A stretch of 64,000 nt of DNA from Obrimoposthia wandeli (GCA_977020255.1 CDROCS010003739.1:1-64000), one strand, 5' to 3'; positions 9,443 to 20,050 are shown, counted from the first letter of the stretch. Notes: generated by a model not told the origin, from the letters alone. Program-made: numbers and translations.

Positions 9443-10141
9443 ATGAAGCTTTTAGCTCCTCTTTTTTCTCTCTTTCTTCTAACTGGCTGTGTGGCTAGTT
9501 CTGTTCCCGAAAATCCTATCGCACCTATTCAAACGATCTCTGGTGGTAAAGTCACTGGCGATACGACATCACTCTATTGGTACTCTTACCGACAAAAGCG
9601 CGCGATTCAATTATCAGAAGTGGTAATGGTGGGCGATGCTAGTAAATATCATTCTGATTATCGTTGGCGTGAAGGCAAGTTACGTGAGATGAAACGTCAA
9701 GGTACGCAATTACATGATGATGAATTAAAGTCGTTCACGATACATGTGCGTTACGATACTGAAGGTAGAGCGGTATTCCAACGTTATACGGTGGCGGACA
9801 CAGTCTTACCATTATCTGATGCTGAACTTACTGAATTAAAGATTCAAGCTAATACTGCGATTGATCTGGTGAAAAATAACAGTAAGCAAGGTACGTCATT
9901 AATTCAAGGGCGATGGGCTGGCAATCGTTTTATGCGCTGTGGTGACAATAGAGAACTTGACGTCGCTTTTCAGCCCATATTGACAAATTTGATGGTGAAG
10001 CAAGTACAAGCACAATCTCAAGATGGCTTTATGGCTGTGAACGGTAAAATACAGAAAAAAGACTTGATCGCAGAACAACTGTTGTTGTTAAAAGACAATA
10101 CTCAACATTGTATTTATCCTCCGAAATTATTGGATGAGTAA
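9443..10141 (+). CDS. yjaH: DUF1481 / YjaH family lipoprotein
   Basis: Lipobox LTGC, YRWREGKLRE. Position between hupA and purD. Confidence 0.8.
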   Translation: MKLLAPLFSLFLLTGCVASSVPENPIAPIQTISGGKVTGDTTSLYWYSYRQKRAIQLSEVVMVGDASKYHSDYRWREGKLREMKRQGTQLHDDELKSFTIHVRYDTEGRAVFQRYTVADTVLPLSDAELTELKIQANTAIDLVKNNSKQGTSLIQGRWAGNRFMRCGDNRELDVAFQPILTNLMVKQVQAQSQDGFMAVNGKIQKKDLIAEQLLLLKDNTQHCIYPPKLLDE

Positions 10142-10168
10142 TACTTCATTTTGCGGTTAAGAGTAGAT

Positions 10169-10201
10169 AAAAAAACGCGCTGACATATCAGCGCGTTTTT
10201 T
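10169..10201. terminator. Bidirectional terminator yjaH / purD
   Basis: aaaaaaacgcgctga-cata-tcagcgcgtttttt. Confidence 0.85.
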
Positions 10202-10278
10202 ATTGATAGTACGATGTGAATAAGACCGACAATGTTTACAGCTAATCAATCAGGTTTCATTCTGTACGGGCATATAAC

Positions 10279-11568
10279 CTATGCCTCTAGCTCGCGTGCA
10301 ATCGCACGGTAGCCAATATCATCACGGTGGAACATGCCATCCCATGATATTTGTTTAGTAAGCGCGTAGGCACGTTGCTGGGCGTCAGAAACGCTATCAC
10401 CCATTGCTGTTGCACATAAAACACGACCACCGTTAGTGACAATATCGCCATTGTGACTGGCTGTACCGGCTTGGAATACTTTTTCACCAGCAACGTCTTG
10501 CTGTGGAAGGCCTGAAATAATTGCGCCTTTCGCGTAATCGGCAGGGTAACCACCAGCGGCTAAAACGATCCCCATCGCAGCACGTGGATCCCACTTTGAT
10601 TCAACGGTATCCAGCTTCTGATCAATAGCGGCAAGGCATAGTTCAACAAGATCAGATTGTAGGCGTAACATGATTGGTTGTGTTTCAGGATCACCAAAGC
10701 GGCAGTTGTACTCAATCACTTTTGGTGTGCCATCGGCCATCACCATCAAGCCTGCATATAAGAACCCGGTGTAAGGCGTGTTTTCTGCTGCCATACCGCG
10801 TACGGTTGGGTAGATAACGTCTTCCATGACACGATCATGAATTGCTTGGGTAACAACAGGTGCTGGAGAGTATGCGCCCATGCCGCCAGTATTAGGGCCG
10901 GTATCGCCATTGCCGACACGTTTGTGATCTTGGCTGGTGGCCATAGGTAGTACATTTTTACCGTCGACCATTACGATGAAACTGGCTTCTTCACCGTCAA
11001 GGAATTCTTCAATCACCACACGGTGACCCGCTTCACCAAATGCATTACCTGCAAGCATGTCGCGTACTGCGCCTTCTGCTTCTTGTAATGTCATCGCAAC
11101 GATAACGCCTTTACCTGCTGCTAAGCCATCGGCTTTAACAACAATGGGCGCACCTTTTTCTTGTAGGTAAGCTAAAGCGGGTTCAATTTCAGTGAAGTTC
11201 TGGTATTCCGCGGTAGGGATATCATGGCGAGCAAGAAAGTCTTTAGTAAATGCCTTTGAGCCTTCAAGCTGAGCAGCCGCTTGCGTTGGACCAAAAATAG
11301 CTAAACCTGCCGCACGGAACGCATCAACCACACCAATAACGAGAGGTGCTTCAGGGCCAACAATGGTGAGGTCTATCGCGTTTTCTTTAGCAAAAGCGAC
11401 TAATGCCTCGATATCTTCAACACCAATAGCAACATTTTCGACTTTAGGTTCAAGAGCTGTACCAGGGTTACCTGGAGCAACGAAAATAGTGTTTACGTCT
11501 GCAGATTGTGCCGTTTTCCACGCGAGTGCATGTTCACGACCACCATTACCAATAATAAGAACTTTCAT
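10279..11568 (-). CDS. purD: Phosphoribosylamine-glycine ligase
   Basis: MKVLIIGNGGREHALAW, GPNTGGMGAYSP, EYNCRFGDPETQ. Confidence 0.98.
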   Translation of the reverse strand: MKVLIIGNGGREHALAWKTAQSADVNTIFVAPGNPGTALEPKVENVAIGVEDIEALVAFAKENAIDLTIVGPEAPLVIGVVDAFRAAGLAIFGPTQAAAQLEGSKAFTKDFLARHDIPTAEYQNFTEIEPALAYLQEKGAPIVVKADGLAAGKGVIVAMTLQEAEGAVRDMLAGNAFGEAGHRVVIEEFLDGEEASFIVMVDGKNVLPMATSQDHKRVGNGDTGPNTGGMGAYSPAPVVTQAIHDRVMEDVIYPTVRGMAAENTPYTGFLYAGLMVMADGTPKVIEYNCRFGDPETQPIMLRLQSDLVELCLAAIDQKLDTVESKWDPRAAMGIVLAAGGYPADYAKGAIISGLPQQDVAGEKVFQAGTASHNGDIVTNGGRVLCATAMGDSVSDAQQRAYALTKQISWDGMFHRDDIGYRAIARELEA

Positions 11569-11690
11569 CGTAATTCTTCCCTAATGCTCAATGTACTTAC
11601 TAAATAGAGAAGCCCCTGATGTGAACCAGAGGCATAGTATTCGTTTAAACAGACCAGCGAAATGCACTGGCCTTTTTTGCTATGTGCAAC

Positions 11691-13316
11691 TTAGTGGCGG
11701 AAGTGACGCATGCCAGTAAATAGCATTGCCATACCGTGTTCGTCGGCTGCCGCGATAACTTCATTATCACGCATAGAGCCACCCGGTTGGATAACACATT
11801 TAATGCCTGCTTCAGCAGCGGCGTCTATGCCATCACGGAAGGGAAAGAATGCATCCGATGCCATTACACAACCTTCAACTTGAAGGCCTTCGTCAGCGGC
11901 TTTAATACCGGCAATTTTTGCAGAGTAAACACGGCTCATTTGGCCAGCACCAACGCCAATAGTCATGTCACCTTTAGAGTAAACAATTGCATTAGATTTT
12001 ACGTACTTTGCTACTTTCCAACAGAACAAGGCGTCTTTTAACTCTTCAGCAGTTGGTTGACGCTTAGAAACCACTTTAAGGTCGTCAGCTGAGACCATGC
12101 CTTGGTCACGGTCTTGAACTAATAGACCGCCATTAACGCGCTTAGCGTCAAAGCCCGTGGTTTTAGTTGACCATTCGCCGCACTCAAGTAGACGAAGGTT
12201 TTTCTTCGCTGCAATGATTTCAACCGCTTCAGCTGACACTGAAGGCGCAATGATAACTTCAACGAACTGACGTTCAGTGATAGCTGTTGCTGTTACCGCA
12301 TCGAGTTCGCGGTTGAAAGCAATGATGCCACCAAAGGCTGATGTTGGGTCTGTTTGATAAGCACGGTTGTACGCTTCTAGAACGTCTTTACCGAGTGCAA
12401 CACCACAAGGGTTAGCGTGTTTAACGATCACACATGCTGGCTCTTCAAATTCTTTCACACACTCAAGTGCTGCGTCAGTATCGGCAATGTTGTTGTAAGA
12501 AAGTGCTTTACCTTGAATTTGGCGAGCAGTAGAAACTGACGCTTCCTCAGGGTTAGCTTCAACATAGAAAGCAGCAGCTTGGTGGCTGTTTTCGCCATAG
12601 CGCATGTCTTGTTTCTTCTCGAACTGTTGGTTGAACGTGCGAGGAAATTTGCTCTTGTTTTCAGGAGAAGGAGCGTCACCTTCTTGCTCTTGTTTATGAA
12701 AAGCTGGATCACCGTACGATGGCACCATCGTACCGAAGTAGTTAGCAATCATACCGTCGTAAGCGGCAGTATGTTCGAAGGCTGTAATCGCAAGATCAAA
12801 ACGGGTTGCATGAGTCAGTGAACCGTTGTTTGTTGCCATTTCTGTTAATACGCGATCGTAGTCGCGCGCATTTACAATGATCGTTACGTCTTTGTGGTTC
12901 TTCGCAGCTGAACGCACCATTGTGGGACCACCGATATCGATGTTCTCAACCGCGTCAGCCAGTGTACAACCTGCTTTCGCCACAGTTTCAGCGAATGGGT
13001 ATAGGTTAACAACAACCATATCGATTGGTGCAATGCCATGTTCTGCCATGACGGCATCATCTTGACCACGACGACCAAGTACACCACCGTGTACTTTAGG
13101 GTGCAGTGTTTTTACACGACCATCCATCATTTCAGGGAAGCCAGTATATTCAGAAACTTCAGTTACTTTGATATTTTTCTCTGCAAGTAGACGAGCAGTA
13201 CCGCCAGTAGAAAGAATTTCTACACCACGATTAGCTAGCGCTTGAGCGAATTCAACAATACCAGTTTTGTCTGACACGCTAATAAGCGCACGGTGAACAG
13301 GACGAGCGTTTTCCAT
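11691..13316 (-). CDS. purH: Bifunctional AICAR formyltransferase / IMP cyclohydrolase
   Basis: [38 protein letters not shown]. Start at MENAR because SD spacing fits this ATG. Confidence 0.98.
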   Translation of the reverse strand: MENARPVHRALISVSDKTGIVEFAQALANRGVEILSTGGTARLLAEKNIKVTEVSEYTGFPEMMDGRVKTLHPKVHGGVLGRRGQDDAVMAEHGIAPIDMVVVNLYPFAETVAKAGCTLADAVENIDIGGPTMVRSAAKNHKDVTIIVNARDYDRVLTEMATNNGSLTHATRFDLAITAFEHTAAYDGMIANYFGTMVPSYGDPAFHKQEQEGDAPSPENKSKFPRTFNQQFEKKQDMRYGENSHQAAAFYVEANPEEASVSTARQIQGKALSYNNIADTDAALECVKEFEEPACVIVKHANPCGVALGKDVLEAYNRAYQTDPTSAFGGIIAFNRELDAVTATAITERQFVEVIIAPSVSAEAVEIIAAKKNLRLLECGEWSTKTTGFDAKRVNGGLLVQDRDQGMVSADDLKVVSKRQPTAEELKDALFCWKVAKYVKSNAIVYSKGDMTIGVGAGQMSRVYSAKIAGIKAADEGLQVEGCVMASDAFFPFRDGIDAAAEAGIKCVIQPGGSMRDNEVIAAADEHGMAMLFTGMRHFRH

Positions 13317-13455
13317 TGCTACCATCTCTCTAAATACACGGTGAATAGGATATTTCCCAAAACAACTGCATGATGTCGGTAGTCTTGGGAAATATCCTCG
13401 GCTAAAATTGAAAAAGCCAAGCTTTCATTGAGCTGTAGAAGCATCTGTTGTGCGT

Positions 13456-13493
13456 ATTTTACATTAATTTCGAAGTGACGCAAACGTTTGCTC
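13456..13493 (-). promoter_or_regulatory. purHD sigma70 promoter overlapped by a PurR operator
   Basis: PurR box ACGCAAACGTTTGCTC at 13478-13493 (14/16 to consensus). On the minus strand -35 TTGCGT (inside the box), 16 bp spacer, -10 TAAAAT. Confidence 0.85.
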
Positions 13494-13550
13494 TTGGCTG
13501 TTTTCTCTCTTTTACCCTACAAAATCATAGAAAAACAACGGAGTCGGTAT

Positions 13551-13973
13551 ATGTATTTGATTGGACAGCTCGCAAAATTATGTGGGGTAAGTAACGATAC
13601 ACTGCGGTTTTATGAAAAAAATGGCTTAATGGAACCTGCTGGGCGTAGCAATAGTGGTTATCGTTTATACAGTGAAGAAAACTTATCGCGTATCAACTTT
13701 ATTATTAGAGCGAAAGCAATCGGATTGAGCCTAGATGAAATCCGAGAATTATTGGATATTCGATTAGAAGCCAGCCAGCACAGTTGCGCAGAGGTGAAAG
13801 CCATTACCCAAACGAAGTTAGACGATGTTGATATGAAAATCGCAGAATTAACGCGAATTCGAACGGCATTGAAGAAACTCAATGATGCCTGCTGTGGTCA
13901 TGTTGATGATGATGCCAGCCACTGCTCGATTCTTGAAGCGCTTGATGAGCGAGATTGTTGCTCTACATTATGA
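13551..13973 (+). CDS. zntR: Zn(II)-responsive MerR-family regulator
   Basis: IGQLAK..TLRFYEKNGL HTH, SCAEVK, ACCGH..HCSILEAL. Confidence 0.9.
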   Translation: MYLIGQLAKLCGVSNDTLRFYEKNGLMEPAGRSNSGYRLYSEENLSRINFIIRAKAIGLSLDEIRELLDIRLEASQHSCAEVKAITQTKLDDVDMKIAELTRIRTALKKLNDACCGHVDDDASHCSILEALDERDCCSTL

Positions 13974-14012
13974 GTAAATACATTATCGAGCACGAAGCGA
14001 ACCTATTACCCA

Positions 14013-14219
14013 TTACTCTTCATCGGACGATGTTGCTTCTTTGGCATTGCTGATGACATCTTTGGTGGTATCACGAAAGAAATGACCCGTGGCACGCGTG
14101 GCATCGCGAGTGGTATGGCCGATTTCAGTGAAACCATCTTTAATCTCTTGCTTCTCTTGAGCAGAGCACCCTATTAAAAGCACGCTGCTAAATGTGATAC
14201 ACAAAAGTTGCTTTTTCAT
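14013..14219 (-). CDS. Small hypothetical lipoprotein
   Basis: MKK + hydrophobic core + lipobox LIGC. AGAGG SD upstream. Confidence 0.75.
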   Translation of the reverse strand: MKKQLLCITFSSVLLIGCSAQEKQEIKDGFTEIGHTTRDATRATGHFFRDTTKDVISNAKEATSSDEE

Positions 14220-14391
14220 ATCGCCTCTTTCCGATTCGTGAGATGAGTTAAATAAGATATTTTAATGCGACGAACATTTCACTAAAAATTTAATGATTAA
14301 CGTGATCTTACTTTCCCGCAGGGGATAGCTTGGGGATATAAACTGTGATAGCTTCAAAGTCAGTCAATAAAAATAAATGATAGGGAATATC

Positions 14392-14673
14392 ATGTTGAAT
14401 ATTAATGAATATTTTGAAGGCCAAGTGAAATCAATCGGTTTTGAAACGAAAGGCGATCGAGCGAGTGTTGGTGTTATGGCGGCTGGGAAATATACGTTTG
14501 GTACTGCTGCTCCCGAGCGAATGACTGTGGTTAAAGGTTCAATGGATGTGAAGCGACCTGGTCATGTAGAATGGGAAACATTCAATGCTGGGGATGATTT
14601 TGAAGTACCTGGTGATTCGTCATTTGAAGTGCAAATCACGGTATCGACGGCATACCTGTGTGATTACCTTTAA
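14392..14673 (+). CDS. ppnP: Pyrimidine/purine nucleoside phosphorylase (YaiE)
   Basis: [39 protein letters not shown]. Confidence 0.93.
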   Translation: MLNINEYFEGQVKSIGFETKGDRASVGVMAAGKYTFGTAAPERMTVVKGSMDVKRPGHVEWETFNAGDDFEVPGDSSFEVQITVSTAYLCDYL

Positions 14674-14718
14674 TTTCTGGTGCTATACCGACTAAGTATA
14701 ATGCTTGGTATCGCATCA

Positions 14719-14749
14719 TAAAAAGCTTCGTCTCTACGAAGCTTTTTTT
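14719..14749. terminator. Bidirectional terminator ppnP / malI
   Basis: aaaaagcttcgt-ctct-acgaagcttttttt. Confidence 0.85.
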
Positions 14750-14798
14750 ATAGCCATCAAAAGGTAAATGGTTATAAGTTAATGTTATATATTTTATT

Positions 14799-15821
14799 TT
14801 AGGCCGATTCACGCTTCAACAACGTCGGAGAAAGTATAACCCTTTGTGCTGAGCCTGTATTTTTCTTCATTCTTTCTAGTAAACGCAAACCTGCTTGCTG
14901 GCCGATTTCTTTAGCGGGTGAGGTAACAAAGGTTAACGATGGCTGAGTAAGCTCTGCTTCGGGTACATCATCAAAACCGATTAATGCCACTTGCTGACCA
15001 ATGTAATTATCCTTACCAACACTACGATTCGCGCGGCGCACACCGTAAATAGCACCCAATGCTGTCGCTGGACGGTGGCATAAAATGGCGGTAATTTTTG
15101 GCTGGTGGTTCAATAGGTACTGCACAGCTTCAGCGGCTTCTTTTTGTGAATTGCCACATTCTAGCACCCAATCATTTTTGAAGGGCAAACCGAATTGCAT
15201 CAAGGTTGTACAATAGCCACCAATGCGTTCTGCACGCGTTAATGAATCGCTGCTTCCACCCACATAGGCAATATGGCGATGCCCCTGTTCAATAAGATAC
15301 TGGGTTGCCATTTTAGAGGCGTGGCTATTATCAGGGCCTATGTAATCAATATCAAACTCAACTGATGCACGAGCCACACACACTATCGGTACCTCGTGGG
15401 TCTCTGCCATGTCGATAATCGGTTGTGTAGAGCCCCTTACCGGGCTGAATACAATGCCTGCGACGCTTTGTTGTACCATTGATTGAACACACTTCAAAAG
15501 TTTATCTGGTGAGTCGCCACACTGGGCTAAAAATAGCATATAGCCGTGTTTTTCTAGCTCTTCGCTGATCCCTGCCGTAATTTCGGTATAAAAAGGATCC
15601 GTAATGTCACGCAGGATCAAGCCGATCAAATTTGATTGATTTGATCGTAGGTTAGCCGCCGCCTTATTTCGCACATAGCCAAGCTCATCAATGGCCTTAT
15701 TGACCTTTTTGATGGTGGATTCAGATATCCTTCCTTTATGACCTAATACTAGTGACACGGTAGATACCGAGACCCCCGCGTATTCTGCAACATCAGTAAT
15801 TTTTATTTTTCGAGGGCTCAT
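14799..15821 (-). CDS. malI: LacI-family repressor MalI
   Basis: ITDVAEYAGVSVSTVSLVL HTH, GYVRNKAAANLR. Divergent from malXY, with MalI-type operators between. Confidence 0.88.
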   Translation of the reverse strand: MSPRKIKITDVAEYAGVSVSTVSLVLGHKGRISESTIKKVNKAIDELGYVRNKAAANLRSNQSNLIGLILRDITDPFYTEITAGISEELEKHGYMLFLAQCGDSPDKLLKCVQSMVQQSVAGIVFSPVRGSTQPIIDMAETHEVPIVCVARASVEFDIDYIGPDNSHASKMATQYLIEQGHRHIAYVGGSSDSLTRAERIGGYCTTLMQFGLPFKNDWVLECGNSQKEAAEAVQYLLNHQPKITAILCHRPATALGAIYGVRRANRSVGKDNYIGQQVALIGFDDVPEAELTQPSLTFVTSPAKEIGQQAGLRLLERMKKNTGSAQRVILSPTLLKRESA

Positions 15822-15872
15822 TAACAACAACTTATGGAATTTATTAGCACGCCTTAGGGTGCATTATAACGA

Positions 15873-16082
15873 AGTAAAACGTTATATCTATTTAACCATA
15901 ACCTTATCAGGATCACAGTTTACATAATGTGTTTTACGTCGCGGTATTTACGTGATCAAAGTATCAAAAATAGTTGGTAAAACGTTTTATCATTATTTTA
16001 GTGAATGAGTAAAGCGCTGGCAAAGATGACTTATTAATCTATGTTGGCGTTTTTTTTAAATATTTTGATAAAACGTTTTATC
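15873..16082. promoter_or_regulatory. Three MalI operators in the malI-malX intergenic region
   Basis: AGTAAAACGTTATATC (15873-15888), GGTAAAACGTTTTATC (15976-15991) and the perfect palindrome GATAAAACGTTTTATC (16067-16082). Confidence 0.85.
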
Positions 16083-16126
16083 ACATTGTACCTACAACGA
16101 TAATAAAAGGTTAGAGGTAGCCAATC

Positions 16127-17698
16127 ATGTCTCAGTTTTCCAAAAAAACGACACTATGGGAATTTTTCCAAAGTCTCGGTAAAACCTTCATGTTGCCAGT
16201 CGCATTGCTTGCGTTCTCCGGTATCTTGTTGGGTGTAGGCAGTTCATTGTCTAGCAGCGCAGTAAAAGAAAGTATGCCGTTGCTGGATAATATGGTGCTC
16301 CAATTTATCTTCATGTGGATGACAAAAATTGGCTTAGTTGCCTTTATTTATTTGCCTGTGATGTTTGCCGTTGCTATTCCATTAGGTTTGGCACGTGAAG
16401 AAAAAGGTGTTGCTGCATTTTCCGGCTTTGTTGGTTATGCCGCGTTAAATTTATCGATTAATTTCTACCTGACGGTGGCGAATGTATTGGGTAACCCTGA
16501 ACAGGAAGCTGCATATGGTGTGAAGTCGATTATTGGTGTTGATTCAATTGATACTGGTATTCTAGGTGCGGTGATTGTAGGTATTATTGTTGCCAAACTG
16601 CATATACGTTTTTATACCTATAAGATGCCTGATGCATTAGCATTTTTTGGTGGCGCCCGTTTTGTTCCTATTATTACTACTCTTGTTTTAGGCGTTGTCG
16701 GTTTAGCTGTTCCTCTTGTTTGGCCTTATTTTGCTGCTGGTATTAATGGTGTTGGTACTGCTATTTCTCATGCAGGTCCTTTTGGTCCGTTCTTATTTGG
16801 TACCGGTGAGCGGCTATTATTGCCTATTGGTTTACACCATATTTTAGTGGCATTGGTTCGCTTCACTGAAGCGGGTGGTACGATGGATGTGTGTGGCGAG
16901 ACCGTTAGCGGCGCTCTAAATATTTTCTATTCTGAGTTATCTTGTTCAACCACTGATGGTTTCTCCCCTACGGCAACAGCGTTCTTGTCGCAAGGTAAAA
17001 TGCCAACATTCTTAGGTGGCTTACCTGGTGCTGCACTTGCAATGTATCACTGTGCTCGTCCTGAAAATCGCAGCAAGGTAAAAGCATTGCTGCTATCGGG
17101 TGTAGTGGCGTGTTGGGTTGGTGGTATTACTGAGCCGCTTGAATTCTTGTTCCTATTTGTTGCGCCTGTACTGTACTTCATTCATGCCATCTTAACGGGT
17201 TTCGGTTTCATGGTTATGGGGCTGCTAGATGTCACGATTGGTAATACCGATGGCAATATTATCGACTTCTTAATCTTTGGTGTACTGCAAGGTACAGCGA
17301 CGAAGTGGTATGTGGTTCCGGTTGTCGCGGCAATTTGGTTTGCGATGTATTACAGTATCTTCCGCTTCGCAATCACGCGCTTTAACCTTAAAACACCGGG
17401 TCGTGAAGTTGAAGTGCAAGACGAGTTGGCAGCAGCTGTAACAGGCGATAAAAACTTGGGTTACAAAGGCGATATTATTTTAGCAGCGCTGGGTGGTGCA
17501 GATAATATTCTAGCGTTAGATAACTGTATTACTCGTCTGCGTATGTCGGTAAAAGATATGTCTTTAGTTAACGATGCTGTACTGAAAGCTAATGGTGCGC
17601 TAGGGGTCGTGAAGTTAGATGAACATAATCTACAAGTGGTGATTGGACCGCAAGTTCACATGGTGAAAAATGAAATGCAAAGCTTAATGCCAGCATAG
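16127..17698 (+). CDS. malX: PTS maltose/glucose EIICB component
   Basis: QSLGKTFMLPVALL, GITEPLEFLF, EIIB DNCITRLR. Upstream of malY. Confidence 0.92.
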   Translation: MSQFSKKTTLWEFFQSLGKTFMLPVALLAFSGILLGVGSSLSSSAVKESMPLLDNMVLQFIFMWMTKIGLVAFIYLPVMFAVAIPLGLAREEKGVAAFSGFVGYAALNLSINFYLTVANVLGNPEQEAAYGVKSIIGVDSIDTGILGAVIVGIIVAKLHIRFYTYKMPDALAFFGGARFVPIITTLVLGVVGLAVPLVWPYFAAGINGVGTAISHAGPFGPFLFGTGERLLLPIGLHHILVALVRFTEAGGTMDVCGETVSGALNIFYSELSCSTTDGFSPTATAFLSQGKMPTFLGGLPGAALAMYHCARPENRSKVKALLLSGVVACWVGGITEPLEFLFLFVAPVLYFIHAILTGFGFMVMGLLDVTIGNTDGNIIDFLIFGVLQGTATKWYVVPVVAAIWFAMYYSIFRFAITRFNLKTPGREVEVQDELAAAVTGDKNLGYKGDIILAALGGADNILALDNCITRLRMSVKDMSLVNDAVLKANGALGVVKLDEHNLQVVIGPQVHMVKNEMQSLMPA

Positions 17699-17763
17699 AC
17701 CCACCTACTTATATTACGGGGAGCTTAGCTCCCCGTTTTTCTTTTCCGAATTTGAGGTTTGTT

Positions 17764-18936
17764 ATGTTTGATTTTTCTACCACGGTGAATCGCCATGGTA
17801 CGTATTGTACGCAGTGGGATTATGTAGAAGATCGGTTTGGCCAAGCTGATTTATTGCCGTTTACTATTTCTGATATGGATTTTGAAACTGCGCCCTGTAT
17901 TCAGCAAGCATTACAGCAACGCCTTGAACATGGCGTTTTAGGGTATAGCCGCTGGAATCATGATGATTTTAAGCTAGCGATAACAGGGTGGTTTGATAAA
18001 CGTTTTAATGTGCAGCTGCCTGTCGAATCGGTGGTTTACGGCCCCTCAGTGATCTACATTATTTCTCAATTGGTGCAGATTTGGTCTAAGCAAGGCGACG
18101 GTGTGTTAGTACACACTCCTGCTTATGATGCCTTTGGCAATATGCTGAATGCGAACCAACGTCAATTGTTGGAAAGCCCATTATTAAAAACAGCTGAGGG
18201 CTATCAAATTGACTGGCCACAATTTGAAGCACAGGCGGCGTTGCCTCATTGCAAGATTTTATTATTGTGCAGCCCGCAAAACCCCACTGGACGGGTATGG
18301 ACCAAAGCAGATCTGAGACGTATGGCAGAAATTTGTCAGCGCCATGGCGTCAAAGTGATTTCAGATGATATTCATATGGATGTCGCTTACTCTTCGTATA
18401 TCCCTTGGTCTGAGGTCGCGGTGAATAATGACTGGGCATTGGTCACATCAGGCTCTAAATCCTTCAATATTCCCGCGTTGACTGGTTCATATGCATTTAT
18501 GCCTGATAAGGCAACACGAGAAGCATTTTTATTGCAATTAAAGGCAGCGCACGGGTTATCTTCCCCCTCTATTTTGGGCGTTATTGGTCATATCGCGGCC
18601 TATCAACAGGGTGATGAGTGGCTAGATGCATTGAAAGGCTATTTACACGCGAATTTAGAGTATGTTGCCGAGCGGATTAATTTGGAATTTCCAACCATTA
18701 ATTATCAAGTTCCTGACGGTACTTACTTGGCGTGGATTGACTTGAATTCACTGAAGATTGATATGGATGAATTGCAGCGCACTTTAATTAACGATCATAA
18801 AGTGGCCATTATGCGAGGCGATACGTATGGCTCTGCAGGTGAAGGGTACATCAGATTAAATGTGGGTTGTCCCCGCAGTAAAGTGGTAACAGGTGTGGCA
18901 GCACTGATTGCCGCATTGCAGACGATTTGTCAGTAA
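17764..18936 (+). CDS. malY: PLP-dependent cystathionine beta-lyase / Mal regulon repressor
   Basis: CTQWDYVEDRFG, FTISDMDF, CSPQNPTGRVW, SDDIHMD, PLP lysine in SGSKSFNI. Confidence 0.92.
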   Translation: MFDFSTTVNRHGTYCTQWDYVEDRFGQADLLPFTISDMDFETAPCIQQALQQRLEHGVLGYSRWNHDDFKLAITGWFDKRFNVQLPVESVVYGPSVIYIISQLVQIWSKQGDGVLVHTPAYDAFGNMLNANQRQLLESPLLKTAEGYQIDWPQFEAQAALPHCKILLLCSPQNPTGRVWTKADLRRMAEICQRHGVKVISDDIHMDVAYSSYIPWSEVAVNNDWALVTSGSKSFNIPALTGSYAFMPDKATREAFLLQLKAAHGLSSPSILGVIGHIAAYQQGDEWLDALKGYLHANLEYVAERINLEFPTINYQVPDGTYLAWIDLNSLKIDMDELQRTLINDHKVAIMRGDTYGSAGEGYIRLNVGCPRSKVVTGVAALIAALQTICQ

Positions 18937-19051
18937 TGTTTTTAATTATAAATAGTTAGGTGTTAGTAAATACTTACTGACTTTTTATGCGGTAGATTTA
19001 GCGTAGCTGAGAGTTGCTACGCTAAGTCGGTCTTCCTTATGGTTTAAGGCG

Positions 19052-20020
19052 TTATTTCAAACTGGGTGATTGAGGTTTTATTGGAGAGTTAACATCGAGC
19101 ATTCCAGCTGGTACTCGCTTCATTTGAGCCAGAGAAAGCCCAACCAATACCATGCCCCCTCCAATTAGATGGTACTGACTAGGATGAACACCCAGCATCA
19201 CAATACTCATACTGGCGGTAAATAACGGCACTAAATTCATAAACAAAGTTGAGCGTGCAGCGCCAATTTGAGTTACCCCTTTTAGCCAGCACCATGGCGC
19301 AATAATTGAGGCAGCAAAGGCGGCAAATGCGACCATAGGTAAGGCGCTAAGCGAAATGGCCGTTGTCTCGCTGCTAAGCAATAAAGGCAGTTGTAGCAAG
19401 GCACCCAGAAATACTTGGCAATACACCGCGCACCAAGGTGTTAATGGTAGCTTCCAGCGATTCAGTAATACGGAATACAAAGCATAAGAGAGGCTGGAAA
19501 CAAACATAAGTATGTCGCCTTGCTTTAACCCTTGCGTCAGTAATTGGTTCAGGTTGCCTTCGCTCAGCATGTATATCAAACCAATGAATGAGATTAACGC
19601 CCCAACTAAGGTGTGAATTCGTAATTTAGTGCCTAACAGGGGCACGGCGAGAAACAGACCAAATAAGGGCATTAGCGAGAGAAAAATCGCAATGTTTGTG
19701 GCGCTGGTGGTGTAAGCCGCGTAATACGCCAAGCTTTGATTTAATACCATGCCGAGCGATGCCAACACAGTTAGTTTTGTTAGGTGTGCTTTTATTTGCA
19801 GGCGCTGTCGATAAACGGTTGTAAGACAGAAGGGTGTGAGCAACAGCAAAGCGAAAAACCAGCGATAAAATGCAATAGCCCCAGGCTCAATTGTGGCTGT
19901 TGCCATTTTACTAACCACGGCATTTGTCGCCCAAATGGCAACTGCCAAAATGGGGAATAAAAAGCCGATAAACGGATAGTTAGCGTATCGACTCCCTGAG
20001 TGATGTTCAGTCATAGTCAT
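19052..20020 (-). CDS. EamA/DMT-family transporter
   Basis: About 10 TM helices in two EamA repeats. WATNAVVSK..FYRW, FMNLVP motifs. Confidence 0.88.
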   Translation of the reverse strand: MTMTEHHSGSRYANYPFIGFLFPILAVAIWATNAVVSKMATATIEPGAIAFYRWFFALLLLTPFCLTTVYRQRLQIKAHLTKLTVLASLGMVLNQSLAYYAAYTTSATNIAIFLSLMPLFGLFLAVPLLGTKLRIHTLVGALISFIGLIYMLSEGNLNQLLTQGLKQGDILMFVSSLSYALYSVLLNRWKLPLTPWCAVYCQVFLGALLQLPLLLSSETTAISLSALPMVAFAAFAASIIAPWCWLKGVTQIGAARSTLFMNLVPLFTASMSIVMLGVHPSQYHLIGGGMVLVGLSLAQMKRVPAGMLDVNSPIKPQSPSLK

Positions 20021-20050
20021 TTTCTCTCATTGATGTAGGGGGATTACAAG

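Noticed and set aside
13326-13470. ZTP (pfl) riboswitch upstream of purH
   Set aside because: Conserved ZTP aptamer words are not visible on the transcribed strand. Only a long simple hairpin and a PurR box are present.
15900-15975. CRP sites in the malI-malX region
   Set aside because: Only half-sites (ATCACA, CGTGA) with wrong spacing or a poor second half.
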